Assembly: GCF_001194135.2 (NCBI RefSeq)
Contig: NC_068983.1
Coordinates: forward strand, 84,660,338 to 84,724,337
Reading direction: 5' to 3'
DNA: 64,000 nt
Origin: Octopus bimaculoides
Lineage: Eukaryota
A program made the translations under genes and the position numbers. Shown piece by piece: positions 23,765-37,183 of this stretch. The notes under the pieces were generated by a model, which made no database searches, was not told the DNA's origin, and worked only from the letters and a program-made list of their open reading frames with translations. The first letter of the stretch is position 1, and every line of letters begins with the position of its first letter.

Positions 23765-24559
23765 GTAAGTTCTCGTCAAATAGTTTTTATGCGACTCAAG
23801 AGTAAAACAAAACAGTTATACAAATTACAGCCACGAAGAAAATGATGATAATAATGACGAGGATGATGATAGTAAGAATAATGCAAGAGATAAAAATGAT
23901 AGTAGTATTATTTAAACCCCAGACTCCTAAAAAGGAACACGAATACAATAGGCACAAAGAAACAAAACGTGGGTTTGTTACATCAGTTTTGTTAAAACTA
24001 TAAAACGATTATAATGATAAGGAAAGTTATTGTGAAGAAAATGGTGGTAATTGTTAGAGAAATGATAATGATGAAGACAATAATCATTACATTTTTAGTA
24101 ATCAAGAAATATTTTAAATTGACTCAAAACTAATTACTAATTCGAAAATTTAGTACCTTAGATTAAGAAGACAAAAACACCTACAATATTGATAACGCGA
24201 TACACTCAAAACGAAATTCAGGGGAGATTTGTATAACTATAGTAAGTAACATAAGTAATTTAATATCCGTTTAAGTAGTAAGGCGGTAGGGTAGGCGGAA
24301 GTGAATTAGCATAGCCTTCATTCACTCTATGAAAAGTCAAGGGAAGTAATTGTTACTGACAGATTAAAAAAAATGGTGCAACTGGGGAAAAAACAATTTT
24401 GTTACATTTTCTATTAATGTGAATACAAATCACTCAAAAACGGAGACTATAAGCAACTATGATATCAACTAACAATGGACTACATTTTTATCCTAATTTA
24501 TTTGTATTTAGTTTTGTTTAGAATGCTTTTGGTTTTCTGAGAATTAGTTACATTTATAG

Positions 24560-25040
24560 ATTTCTGAGTAGAACATTGACGATAGCATTTTGCTAAATAC
24601 AACTTAGAATTTGGTTTTTGTAGTTCTTCTTTAATCCCCAAGTCACCCCTGATCAAGTGGACCCATGATCAAATTTATTCTAGTCATGACTATCCTGTAT
24701 TCTATTTCAAACAAAGTACACATACGATTACATTATTCAACGTAACCCTCTCTCTTTTTAAGAGATACAACGTAATACGAAGCATATTTGACTGTTATTT
24801 TAAGCAAATCGAGCAATCTTGTCAAGCTTCTCTTGCTGGTTCAGTGTACCCCTTGTTTTTTTAAGCATCTGGGTATTGTTGCATAGCTCCCGGTCAGCTC
24901 TGAGTGAGAAAACATGACCAAAGGCATTGCATCTGTGACCAACTCATTTTGCATTTCGCGACTTCATTTTTTAGTGTGTTATGCTTTATTTAAATCAAGA
25001 TTGTGGTTTGAAATAGATTTGGCTGCTATTTCTGTAAAAC
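24560..25040. repeat. Decayed interspersed repeat family B
   Basis: Motif gacctgctagaaatagcagccaaat or its reverse complement recurs near 12020, 16930, 18180, 25020, 25605, 34910 and 35410. Confidence 0.5.
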
Positions 25041-25289
25041 TCCTTCATTTACTCCATTGAGAATTTCCCGTTATATATATTTTCCCCATTATATAAATAT
25101 ATATATATAATGATTATATAATACATATAATCACATGTATATGTATATACATGCATATGCATAGCGTATCTGTGTGCGTGTGTATGAGTGAGAGAGTGTG
25201 AGAAAGAGAGAGTGAAAGAAAGAGAGAGAGTAGCTAGCTAGCTAGCTAGCTAGCTAGCTAGCTAGATAGATAGATAGATAGAGAGAGAG

Positions 25290-25394
<105 letters not shown>

Positions 25395-26071
25395 ACGCTT
25401 TTCTTAATATGTATATCTATGTTACTATTTAGTAGCAAACATTTTTGTTCCTGAATGTTTTTCGCATAAGATATTAAGACCAAGGCGAGTATAGTATAAA
25501 TCAGAATAGTACGAGTCTTATCAACCCTTTGAATATACCCACACAATCATTTCTTTTTCACAAAGATGGCTGAGACGAGAAGCCAGAGTGCTTCAACGTA
25601 ATTACTAGACCTGCTAGAAATATGAGCCAAATCGTCCTCATACCATACCTTAGCGTTTTATGACAGGTCATGTTAGATAATTTGGTTTTAATACACTGTG
25701 TATAGAAAAAGAGACAGGACGTTCACGGCTGGAAGTTCTTTGATAGTATCCTGTTCACTTAGGTCTGGGTTGGAGTGAAACAATTTCAATGTAAGTTTAA
25801 TTCTTCCTATAATCACCAGCCTAGAAAGACGATCGAACAAGATGGCTTCTATGTTGCCGTTCGTTCTGAAAGGAATAGTTGCTAAGTCACTCCTCCGCCA
25901 ACCACATTCTGCTGTTTCATTATAGTGTATAAGAATACATTAAATAATATACGTCTTCTACATTGTGCCTCGAAAGGATACAATGTCTAATTAAAAAAGA
26001 AAGAGAGAAGGGATAATCTGGCTAGAATATCTTTGATTATAGGTTCCTTCCAATCGTAGTTTATCTGGGTG

Positions 26072-26073
<2 letters not shown>

Positions 26074-26159
<86 letters not shown>

Positions 26160-26160
26160 C
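26074..26160. repeat. (AAC)29 microsatellite
   Basis: Direct reading. Confidence 0.95.
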
Positions 26161-26843
26161 GGTGATAGTAATAACAGTTCGTAAAGCAAATAATATTTTA
26201 GGGATTACATTTTTTTGCAAGTTTTCCGAGTATAAACTTAAAAACAAAACTAACTAGTAAGCTACTATCAAAATGCTACTTTCTATGAAATCTTGTTCAG
26301 AAATTTGAGATAACTTCCTATTTAAAAAAAAAATTTGTTTATTGTTTCATATTTTACACGATTGAGTGATATATTATAAAGGAAATATTTGTTTTTTACT
26401 CAGAGTTTCTCATAACCCCATAGCAATATAACATAGTGCGTGACCAGCAACGTAAAAGGAAGTCTCCACAGGGACAAACCTGTCATTCTGATTATATCAA
26501 TGAGTAGGACGTGAATATTAGTTTCCTAATATAATGATTTCTAGGTTTCCTAAATTATAATGAATTTGTTTAGTCAAAGGAAACTAATACAAACGCACGG
26601 TCAACTGAAATATTGTCAGATGACTTCAATACTTGATGATAGCGTTTTAATGCAGTAGACTGACAATGTATAATTAAAAAAAAAATGAGGGCCTCCCGTG
26701 TTCATTTAAAACTGCATTTTCCTCGCAAACACAAGTATTTATTAATGTCTGAGATAAGCTGCAATTAGTAATATTATTACGTTCTCGGACTCTTAACCTC
26801 ATCTATAGATGTGAAAGGTTTTTGAATATTTACACCTACATTA

Positions 26844-27056
26844 AAGCGGCGAGCTATCAGAATCGTTAGCACGCCAGACAAAATGCTTAGCGACGTTTCG
26901 TCTGTCTTTACGTTCTGAGTTCAATTGCCGCCGAGGTCGACTTTGTCTTTCATCCTTTCAAGGTTGATAGAATAGGTACCAGTTAAGTACTGGGGTCGAT
27001 GTAATCGACCTGCCCCCACCCCCGAAATTTTTAGCCTTGTGCTAAAATCTGAAACC
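26844..27056 (+). mobile_element. SINE (family A), first of a tandem pair
   Basis: Complete head-to-tail copy flanked by aatatttacacctacatta (26825-26843) and aatatttatatctacatta (27057-27075). Confidence 0.9.
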
Positions 27057-27075
27057 AATATTTATATCTACATTA

Positions 27076-27295
27076 AGGCGGTGAGCTGACAGAATCGTTA
27101 GCACACCGAGCGAAATCCTTAGAGGCATTTCGTCCGTTTTTACGTTCTGAATTCAAATTTCTACGAGGTTCACTTTGCCTTTCGTCCTTTTGGGGTCGAT
27201 AAAATAGGTACCAATTGAACACTGGGGTCGATATAATCGACTTAGCCTCTCCCCCGAACTTGTTGGGCCTTGTACCAAACTCGGAAATCAGTATT
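27076..27295 (+). mobile_element. SINE (family A), second of the tandem pair
   Basis: Complete copy; matching target repeat reappears at 28262-28280. Confidence 0.88.
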
Positions 27296-27297
27296 GA

Positions 27298-28257
27298 ATC
27301 TTTGTGGTTTTCGTCACCGTTTACAATTATCTTAAAAAGAAAAAAAAATTAATGTATCATATAGATGTAATTTTTGACGCTGAATCCAATTTGTCATTCA
27401 TTTGTTCAAGAAAAAATTTATATAAAANNNNNNNNNNNNNNNNNNNNNNNNNNNNNNNNNNNNNNNNNNNNNNNNNNNNNNNNNNNNNNNNNNNNNNNNN
27501 NNNNNNNNNNNNNNNNNNNNNNNNNNNNNNNNNNNNNNNNNNNNNNNNNNNNNNNNNNNNNNNNNNNNNNNNNNNNNNNNNNNNNNNNNNNNNNNNNNNN
27601 NNNNNNNNNNNNNNNNNNNNNNNNNNNNNNNNNCGAGCAAATTAAATAATTAAAAAAGCTAGGAACAAACAAACAAACCAACAGGAGTTGCTAGAAAAAA
27701 CAGTCAAGACATTGTTTGAAACAGACATTTATTAGTTAAAATATTCAAGAACGAAAGTTTGCAATACATACGCGCGCACACACACACGCCCCCCCCCACA
27801 CACAAGCATTCGCATAACTCTACACACAGGGTTGAAACGCCCCCACTACCAGTTTGCCACCACCCCTTCCTTCCTTATTCATCTATCACCCCTTCCTTTC
27901 TCATTCATATGTTGTGACGGAGAAAAACACAAGAGTATTATAATAGCAGAAGATTATCATTCTCCTTGTGCGCATACGCAACATCCTTGGTTACTATGGA
28001 AACAGAGTTTTTCGCCGCGGTGATCATCTTTGGTTACTATGGAAACAGAGTTTTTCGCCACGGTGATGTGTAAACTATTCGCTTCTGATCGGTTTAAATA
28101 CCCAAATTTTGCAAATTTTAAAAAGCTAATAACTTTTTAATTATGGATTTATCTGAAATATGAATTTCATTTTCTTAATTGTATAAAACTTAATCCATAT
28201 ACATAATTTGAAAACACTTGGAACAATATTGTAAACATTGACGAAAACCACAAAGAT
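27298..28257. mobile_element. Non-autonomous DNA transposon (MITE) with 30-bp TIRs, spanning a gap
   Basis: atctttgtggttttcgtcaccgtttacaat (27298-27327) versus the reverse complement of 28228-28257, 28/30 identical. Confidence 0.8.
27982..28067 (+). repeat. 43-bp tandem duplication, each unit carrying an RFX X-box
   Basis: catc(c/t)ttggttactatggaaacagagtttttcgcc(g/a)cggtgat x2; GTTACTATGGAAAC at 27990-28003 and 28033-28046. Confidence 0.85.
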
Positions 28258-28730
28258 CCCCAATATTTACACCTACATTATGTTGTACACATAGTAATGG
28301 TTTGAACTGAAACTAATAATCTTTATATTTAATCTAAGAGTTACAGTATTTTTAACTACAATATCACTGACACATTAAAACTATTTAATTCTCGGAGTGT
28401 TTGCTTCCCCAGAAAGCAAACGTTTGGCCAGTCGAAACCATAAGGGCATTTAGATTCTCAGCTAAAACTAGTTCCTTCAATTTACGCTGCAAATAATCTT
28501 GAGCTACACATGAAATTCCCTCAGTCTCATCTTTCTATAATCTTGTAGTCTTTGTGCATTAGTAAGACATAAGAAATTGATATTTATTTCTCTAATATAC
28601 ACAACACGTACCAACATTTTATTTATACCTTGGTTTTACAATATTTATTGACAGAAACGTGTGTGTGTATGTATATAATAATATAAATTTGTAAATATGC
28701 ATACAAATAAACATGTATATATATAACTCA

Positions 28731-28809
<79 letters not shown>

Positions 28810-29487
28810 ATGAGGAGTGTGTTGGCTCTTATTGTCAAATATGCATTTAGTGTCATGTTTACATGTGTAAGTGTAAGAAGAAATAAATTTGGAGTTATTA
28901 TGTCCCGTTTTTCGTATTGATGCCTTATAATCTTGAAGTGGATTTGAACAGAAATAAAATACTAGTGTGTTGTGTTTAAACTATAAAGCATGTTTTAAGA
29001 TAAAACGCAAAAATAAAAGTAAAACAGAACTAAAACCAAAAGAATGGGAGAAAGAGCAAGAGAAGAACATAAAGAAAACGAAAGACGAAAAATTCATTCA
29101 GTGAAAGGAAAATGAAAAATAACACAAAAACAAAACAAAAGATGAAAAAATACAGAAAATGGCAGTAAAATCTAAGGGAAACAACTCGAGGCTCTAAATG
29201 AAAAGACTAATAACAGTAGCTAAGACTTCAAACGGAAGTTATAGCAACAGTTACAACAACAGCAACAACACTAATAGCGGCAATAGTAAAAACAACGACT
29301 ATAATAACAACATACGTCAAATGGAGAACTGGTAGAATTAAGGATATTTTTGCATGATTTTTGTGAGCCCTAATCACAGCTGTATTGATCAAGAAGATCG
29401 ATAATCAAGGGCACTGAAGCCGTAATCATCTTATCATGAATCGGACGGTATGGAATAAATGCAAACTGAGGTAAGAGAAAGGGGGAA

Positions 29488-29585
<98 letters not shown>

Positions 29586-29667
29586 TGTATGTGTGTCTAT
29601 ACATACATACATACATACATATATACATACATACATACATACATACATACATACGTATGCATATATA

Positions 29668-29860
29668 TATTCTTTTATTCTTTTACTTGTTTCAGTCATT
29701 TGACTGCGGCCATGCTGGAGCACCGCCTTTAGTCAAGCAAATCGATCCCAGAGCTTATTCTTAGTAAGCCTAGTACCTATTCTATCGTGTCTTTTTTGCC
29801 GAACCGCTAAGCTACGGGGACGTAAACACACCAGCATCGGCTGTCAAGCGATGTTGGGGT
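29668..29860 (-). mobile_element. 3' half of a SINE (family C) with LINE-derived tail
   Basis: Minus strand ends ggcggtgctccagcatggccgcagtcaaatgactgaaacaagtaaaagaataaaagaat. Confidence 0.85.
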
Positions 29861-30534
29861 GACAAACACAGACACACAAACATGTACACACACATACATA
29901 CATACATACATACATACATACATANNNNNNNNNNNNNNNNNNNNNNNNNNNNNNNNNNNNNNNNNNNNNNNNNNNNNNNNNNNNNNNNNNNNNNNNNNNN
30001 NNNNNNNNNNNNNNNNNNNNNNNNNNNNNNNNNNNNNNNNNNNNNNNNNNNNNNNNNNNNNNNNNNNNNNNNNNNNNNNNNNNNNNNNNNNNNNNNNNNN
30101 NNNNNNNNNNNNNNNNNNNNNNNNNNNNNNNNNNNNNNNNNNNNNNNNNNNNNNNNNNNNNNNNNNNNNNNNNNNNNNNNNNNNNNNNNNNNNNNNNNNN
30201 NNNNNNNNNNNNNNNNNNNNNNNNNNNNNNNNNNNNNNNNNNNNNNNNNNNNNNNNNNNNNNNNNNNNNNNNNNNNNNNNNNNNNNNNNNNNNNNNNNNN
30301 NNNNNNNNNNNNNNNNNNNNNNNNNNNNNNNNNNNNNNNNNNNNNNNNNNNNNNNNNNNNNNNNNNNNNNNNNNNNNNNNNNNNNNNNNNNNNNNNNNNN
30401 NNNNNNNNNNNNNNNNNNNNNNNNNNNNNNNNNNNNNNNNATATATATATATATATATATATAGATAGATATATGCATATATCCATACATATATGTAAAT
30501 ACCTACATCTATATGTATACATACATGCATATAT

Positions 30535-31043
30535 GGGTACAAGTCATAAAAAAAGAAACGTTAAACACAATGAGAAACGAAAACATAAAAACGAAATCAG
30601 AAAACGAACTTTTTTCGAACAACGAAAAAAAAACAACAGAGAAACGAAACATGCAACATAAAGAGTATATGCTTTCGTCGGTTGTCCCTGTCCAAGTACT
30701 CCACGTTTCGAAGGCAAGGACAACACGTGACTTCGTTGGAACAGCCCTTCGCGCAAAGCAAATTAAAGAAAATTTGAAACTTTTTGCGGAGAGTGAAAGT
30801 ATTAACAAGTATAGGACAGTGAGAACAGACAGTAAAAACAATAGAAACAGTAAAAACAAGTAAAAGCGCGACAGTAAAAACAAACGGTGAGGGCTGTTGG
30901 GCCAAGCCGATAGAAAAATTATGAACGCTAAGTAGAAGAGACAGAGAAATTAACGTCTGTTCTTTAGGAAGGCCAGTGGGCAGTAAGAAGGAACCCCTTT
31001 CGTCACGTGTCAGCGACGAAAGGATCAAGGAAGAAGAGGAGGA

Positions 31044-31045
<2 letters not shown>
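30535..31045 (-). repeat. ~500-bp interspersed repeat (family D)
   Basis: Colinear similarity to 56200-56690 (+): cacgtgac, ctcactgtcct, gcaaaa..tcaaattt, tcgaaa..gayga, tttcgttgttcg.aaaaaagt. Confidence 0.65.
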
Positions 31046-31076
<31 letters not shown>

Positions 31077-31249
31077 TGAGGGAACGGTGAAAGGGAGAGA
31101 AGAAGAATAGGGAAAGGGTGGGAGAGAAAAACAGAGAGGATGAAGAACAAGAGAGGGAGAGAGATAGTAGAAGAGTGCTCATAGTAATATTAAGATAAAA
31201 CTTACTTGGAAAAGGATGCGTGGCGTTCGATCATAATACTGTGTGTGTA

Positions 31250-31291
<42 letters not shown>

Positions 31292-31293
<2 letters not shown>

Positions 31294-31900
31294 CTCATAT
31301 ATGATGGCTGTCCATTCGTGACCGAGGAAGACCATTACTGATGATTATCCATGCAAGTTGCTAGCAATGCCCGTGCATTAGGTTATTGAACCAGGAGTCA
31401 GTTCACGCGGGTTTTGCGTCCGTGGATTCCATGCTAGTCGTAGCACCCTCCTACTTGACCGGGCATGGAATGCTTGCTTCGCCAGCGATGGCACAGCCTA
31501 AAATTTTAAGCTCAAATAGCTTTGCACAACACCTCGCAGACCCTCTCCACCCTAAAGACATGATCCAAAGACAAGCCAGGGGAGGATATACAGTGCTAAC
31601 ATGGGTCGCAGGCTCAGTAATGTGGGGCCATGTTCTTAAGCGCATGCAAAGGATAAAAGATACTCAAATTGTTCAATACCATTCCTTTCATATCTGATTT
31701 TATATCAGAGAGATCTTCTGCTAAAGAAGTCAGAATTTCTGAGGGTCCGTGCTACTGCTAGATAGTCGCTGAACCTACATCAGTTTCATCCGTTCTTTTG
31801 ACAGGTCTTGTTTTCAGTCCTGCCAGGTTTCTGAAAATCCTCCTCACCACGTAAGCCTAGTGGGGATGCCGGATTAGTCGTGGACAACTCGACCATGTTA
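31292..31900. repeat. Unclassified GC-richer interspersed repeat, possibly an RTE-type LINE end
   Basis: Abrupt compositional change next to (TG)n; no recognisable domain. Confidence 0.3.
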
Positions 31901-32175
31901 CCAGTAGCACTTATGAGAGACCTCACAAGTGACCTGACATTTATATACACACAATATATATTTATCTATAAATATATATATTCATATATATTTATAGATA
32001 GATCCATTTCAGTCAATTTTACCAGTTTCGTACACAAGTACTTGGAGACCGATCAAGGTACACATGAGAAGAGCGGGGAGGAAGAGTATGGCAACGAATC
32101 CGTTGTATAAATATTAATATACTCACTGTATTGACAAAGTGCTTCTCTTTTTGACTCACGAATTCCTAGTTTCTA

Positions 32176-32218
<43 letters not shown>

Positions 32219-32249
32219 CTAACTGATAGAATGTATTAAGTCATTTTAA

Positions 32250-34080
32250 AGTCAAGTTTTGTGGTACATGGCTCATTTAAGTAGGGAGTTGTTGTTGACT
32301 GAGATGTGTTTGATATCCCTTGAAGAAATTTGTCCAGGTTTCTTTTGAATGTGATGGGTTCTTTTTCCTCATTGATTTGTTTTGAGATAATGTTAAATAG
32401 AGTAAGAATTGTTGAGAAAAAGAAATTGTGAAGCCTAAATATAACATGTGGCTCCAGCCGTGGATAAATTGTGAATTTGATGTTAAGATCGTTTGGGCAA
32501 TACCGGTGGTATATTCTTCACATTGTGCAAATGATGTAGCCCACACAACAGCGTCGGAGAGAATAAATTTTCGATGTTTAAAGGCGGTCCCAAAAATCAA
32601 GATCAATCGTGCTTTTATCTTTTTCTGGAGTGACTTAATTCTTGTAATGTTTTGTTTGGTGTAAGGAGATCAGAAGGGGCAGCAATATTGTAGGTGTGGC
32701 CGTACAGAGGATGAGAAAAGGAGAGTGATGTCATCTTGCTCCGTGGACCGGAAAGTTCTGAGGATACAGGAACTCATCCTGCGAGCCGTATTGACTTTAT
32801 TGTTGGTATGAACACTCTTGCTGAAATTGTTGTCAACAATTACTCCTAAGTCCCTGATATTACTGGATGCTTTGAATAGTTCCCCATGAAGGAAGAGAAT
32901 AAGATTGTTTAAGTGCATTCTTTTTTCCAAAGTGCATGAGTTCGAATTTTTCATCGTTTAACCGCATGTTGGTCTTTTTATCCACCCATTAGCTTACAGC
33001 ATGTAGTTCAGACTGGCGTTCAGTTCGGTCTTCTATACTGATAATTTTCTGAAGCTTTGAGTCATCTGTGAATATTTTTATTTTGCTTGTGCTTTAAGAC
33101 GCTTGATATGTCATTTATATTGACTATAAAAGAGAAGCCGACACAAAACAGTCCCCTGGGGGACACCACTGGTTGGCTTGAGTGGATTTCACCGTTGGCA
33201 ACATGTGTCCTATTCACCAGGAAATATTAAATTCAGTGCAGCAGTTTACCACGGATTCCAGTATTGGGCAATTTTAACAGGAGGATATTTTGGTCGACTT
33301 TGTCGAAGGTTTTGTTGAAGTGAAGATATATATCAGTTCGAACCTGATCTCAATGTAATGTATAAGCTATGTTAGACAGTCCCTGCAGCAGCGGAAGCCA
33401 AGCTTGTTGGAATTTAGAAGATTGTAGTTTTCTGGAAGCCAGTTATCCTTGAACTCTCCACCTTTTTAAACACATTGATGTTAAACTCAGAATGTGCGTC
33501 TGTCTGTCGGGTTGTGTATCTGTATGTGTGCATCACTAAAACTCGAGAACTACCCAACAGATTTCATTCAAATTTTATACATGCCTTACTTAGGGTCCAT
33601 GCAGTTTCATGGGCCAAAAGAATTTTCAACTTCTTGCCTAATGTATGCCTGGAGCAATCTCTTATCTCTTGCTGATATGATGTCTGAGGCAGTAAAAAGT
33701 TATGTCCAAGATAATATGTTGAGGATTAAGTTCGTTCAGATCTCTTGTGTCAATATCACTGGGATCACTAAAGACAGTGCAATATTGTTTTTGTAGTACT
33801 TCTGCCATTTTTTTTGCGACATAGCGGAGAATACTGTTATCATCTATCAGTGGACCGACGGGTGAGACAGCGGTCCTATGTTTGTTCGCATATGAATAGA
33901 ACACCTTCGGGTTCTGTTTGATTTTTTTGATTACCCAGTCTTCCTCTGTAACTCTTTGGTTGTCGTTGCAGGATTTCATGTTAATCTGCAGATAATATTT
34001 TTATAACTGAAGCCTTCTTACTTAAGTTGAATCTGGATGCAGTCAACCTCACCCCAGGGCACCTGTACGACAACATCAAT
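32250..34080 (-). mobile_element. Decayed CR1-group LINE ORF2 (linker, RT, C-terminus), interrupted at about 33470-33665
   Basis: Broken frames read IKQNPKVFYSYAN, FNKTFDKVD, PQGTVL, IFTDDSK, IRDLGVIVD, SVRPHLQYCCP. Confidence 0.9.
33470..33665. mobile_element. ~190-bp insertion inside the LINE, resembling DINE-1/Helentron-type non-autonomous elements
   Basis: Splits LINE ORF2; gtctgtctgtc..aactcgagaactacccaacagatttcattcaaatttt recalls the DINE-1 core. Confidence 0.4.
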
Positions 34081-34311
34081 CCTCACATAGTAAAGTGGGA
34101 AGTGATTAGAAAAGATGTCATTTATCGACTTGTTCTTCACTCACAGTTCCTTTGATATTGAAATATGGTAGCGTTTTGAGAACATTGTATACATGCTCAC
34201 AAGTACTACAGAATTCCCAAGGGAGAAAAAAACTCTCATCAAGAGAATAAAAGGATTTAATTATAAAATCAACCAATTAAAATTTATACTCACTCCCGCA
34301 CCATTTTCAAG

Positions 34312-34512
34312 GTAGAATCGTTAGCACGCCGGCCAAAATGCTTAGTGGGATTTCATCCGTCTTTATATTCTGAATTCAAATTCCGCTCAGATCGCCTTGC
34401 CTTTAATCCTTTCGGGATCGATAAAATAAGTACCAGTTGAGTACTGGAGTCGATGTACTTGACTTAACTCCTCTCTCAGAATTGCTGGGCGTGTGCCAAA
34501 ATTTGAAACCAA
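34312..34512 (+). mobile_element. SINE (family A)
   Basis: gtagaatcgttagcacgccggccaaaatgcttag..gataaaataagtaccagttgagtactgg..aaaatttgaaacc. Confidence 0.88.
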
Positions 34513-35998
34513 TATGTGCGATGAGTTATAGGGAAACCCTTCAATATTTAAAGCATTAAATTTTATGTTTTCATCAGTCCAGTTGTATATGAAATCGAGG
34601 TCCTGCTACAGATCTTTTAGCTGTTAGAGGTCTTTGGAGGCCTTCGAGATTTCATTTTCATTATCACTGATGGTGAAAAAGTTTATTTTGAGACCTGGAG
34701 ATATGTTTGTGAGGATACGTCAATTAGAAATTTTATTCGTCCCATTTTGTTTCTTTTAAAGACACTCCAAGTAACTTGCAGAACTTTTGGTTTAAGAATG
34801 GTACTGTTTCTTATTCCAGCAGGCTAACTTTTAAAGCAATACTGAAATTGACAACGTGTGAGTCTTCATCTGATGAGTGAATCAACGAGGGTGACATTAT
34901 GGGATAGAGCGACCTGCTAGAAATAACACCCAAACCTTCCTTTATTTACATACTGTTACTTTCATTTATGAACCGCGGTTATGTTGGGGCAAAAGCTTTA
35001 AAGTTTTTTAGTTGATAATATATAATTCAAAATACGCTTCTTGATTTCAACGAAGGAATCTCAAACTAAGGAAATCTTCTTTCAGTAAAGAATTCCCACC
35101 TGGAAAATAACATCATAATATGGGTTAGTAACACTAATAAAACGAGGCAAGCGAAATGCTTGCGCTTTATTTTTTTTAAATTAGTCAATGTATAAATCTA
35201 ATTTAAAAGCGAAAAACAAGGTAAAGCGAATCTTATTAATATTTAATAAATTTTCTACATTTAAAAAATTGTAGAGAGATTATTGTTTAGCTCCAGGTCA
35301 TTCTAAATTGATTAGTCTTATGATTAAAGGCCTTCTAACCGTGAGCACTCATCTTTTCCAGACATATATCTAGAATAATATGCTTTAAAGACAGTGTGAT
35401 TTAAAGGGAATTTTGTTACTATTTCTGCATAGATATTCCGTCGTAAGGTCATCGTGCCCATTGTGTGCTCCCTTTTACTTTTAGAACTTAGTTAATAAGA
35501 TGCCATTTAATAAACAATAAAGTTATAAGGCAATCAGCACTAAAAAAAAGACAGAACTACACCAGAGAGCTAGGAATAGTTTAATAAATCTGCTTAAATA
35601 ATAAAGAAATAATCACAGTAAAGTTTTCTTGATTCTATTTCGCATAATTTCCCGCTGCATTATCGAGTGCAGGTGGTTCAATATCTATAGTGTGAGCATC
35701 TAGTTCCATACATACCTATATATGCACTGTAACATATCTAAATATATGTATGTACTGTAACGTATATGTAAATATATGTATGTATATTATATGTGCATGA
35801 GAAAGTATGCATGTGTGTTTATGTGTATCAACACGCATGAACATACACGCAAAAGAAAGCAAAATTAACTGTACTATTCAACAAAAAGTTTTGAAGGGTC
35901 TTTTTTGCATAACGATTGTAAAGTGTATTAAATTACAATTGACATCCTCATCTAAGAATAAATAAATAAATCAATAAAATTAATTTTTAACTTTTCAG

Positions 35999-36047
35999 CT
36001 GTGGCATGTTTTCTAATATTACTAGATCTCACAATTCTTCCAGTCAC
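35999..36047 (+). other. Candidate 49-nt exon with ATG 36006 (MFSNITRSHNSSSH), phase-0 donor
   Basis: Acceptor taatttttaacttttcAG, donor CAC|GTGAGT, ggcATG context, 14 open codons to the donor. Confidence 0.4.
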
Positions 36048-36585
36048 GTGAGTATATTTGCTCAAACTGTACGCGTAACACTGTTGTTAATTTGTAAAAC
36101 ATCATTCACCAGCAAAATGCTACCTTAGCGTCTTCAAGTCTCCATTAATGGCAACTATAGAAATGATATCTTAATGTTGCTATTGCTGTTGTTAGCAGTA
36201 TGATTTAAAAAGCTGTTTGGTTAGAAGCGACTAAAAAATCACTATCGTTCTGTATTGTATAAAATCATCATTACTTTCGTAAAAGAAAATTTGGCGACAT
36301 TTACAGGGTTAGAAAATTTTCTGTGAATTACGAAAAGTAAACAATTAGTCAAATTAAAGGGTAATTGTTGCGGTTACTATTGATGATTTTTGAATAGACA
36401 AGATGCTTTGCATATTCTGTACGATAGTAATATACTATCGTATTGTACCTAATTTTCTGAAATGCATTAGCAGAATATATGGTTAGATACCTGTTACTAG
36501 GGAGCGAAGCACGTTGTAGCATCTTCTTCCGAAAGAAGTTACTTCTATAGTACAACGCTTACTACACTGTCTTACACACACACGC

Positions 36586-36694
<109 letters not shown>

Positions 36695-37183
36695 TGTTTT
36701 GGCAAGATTCAAGACAAATCTTCGCAGTAAAAGAGCACGAAATGCCAGAATGAGTTCCAGTACAAATAATATGCTGCGAACCAGAGACACTGTTGCTCGA
36801 TCTTCTAGTAATAGAAGCCAATCATCCATCAAGCCATATTCTGCGATAGTGTTCGATATATCTAAAGCAAAAAAGTCAAGAACAAAGCTGGAATACCTTT
36901 GATCATCGGATGGCTGGATCAATGTCAACAGGCGACAACATAGTAACAACCACAAAAATCACCTCCACCATCGCCACCAATATCAGCAACAGAAGAAACT
37001 ATACGTGATGTTATTTATTCAACGCTGTATATATTAGCAAAATAACTGAAGTGACATAGATGTAACCGGGAATTTAAATCAAGATCCTGTTCTTCCACAA
37101 GTCACAACCTTCACTTCAATTTCTCACACATTTATTCAGTTACAACGAAAGCAATAACACTACTCGCTCTTATTCCTTCCTCA

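Noticed and set aside
25763-25790. 28-nt micro-exon candidate (cacttAG...AAT|GTAAGT)
   Set aside because: Weak pyrimidine tract, frame-shifting length, repeat-rich surroundings
27982-28067. Repeat units as a CRISPR-like array
   Set aside because: Only two contiguous units with no spacers; animal DNA
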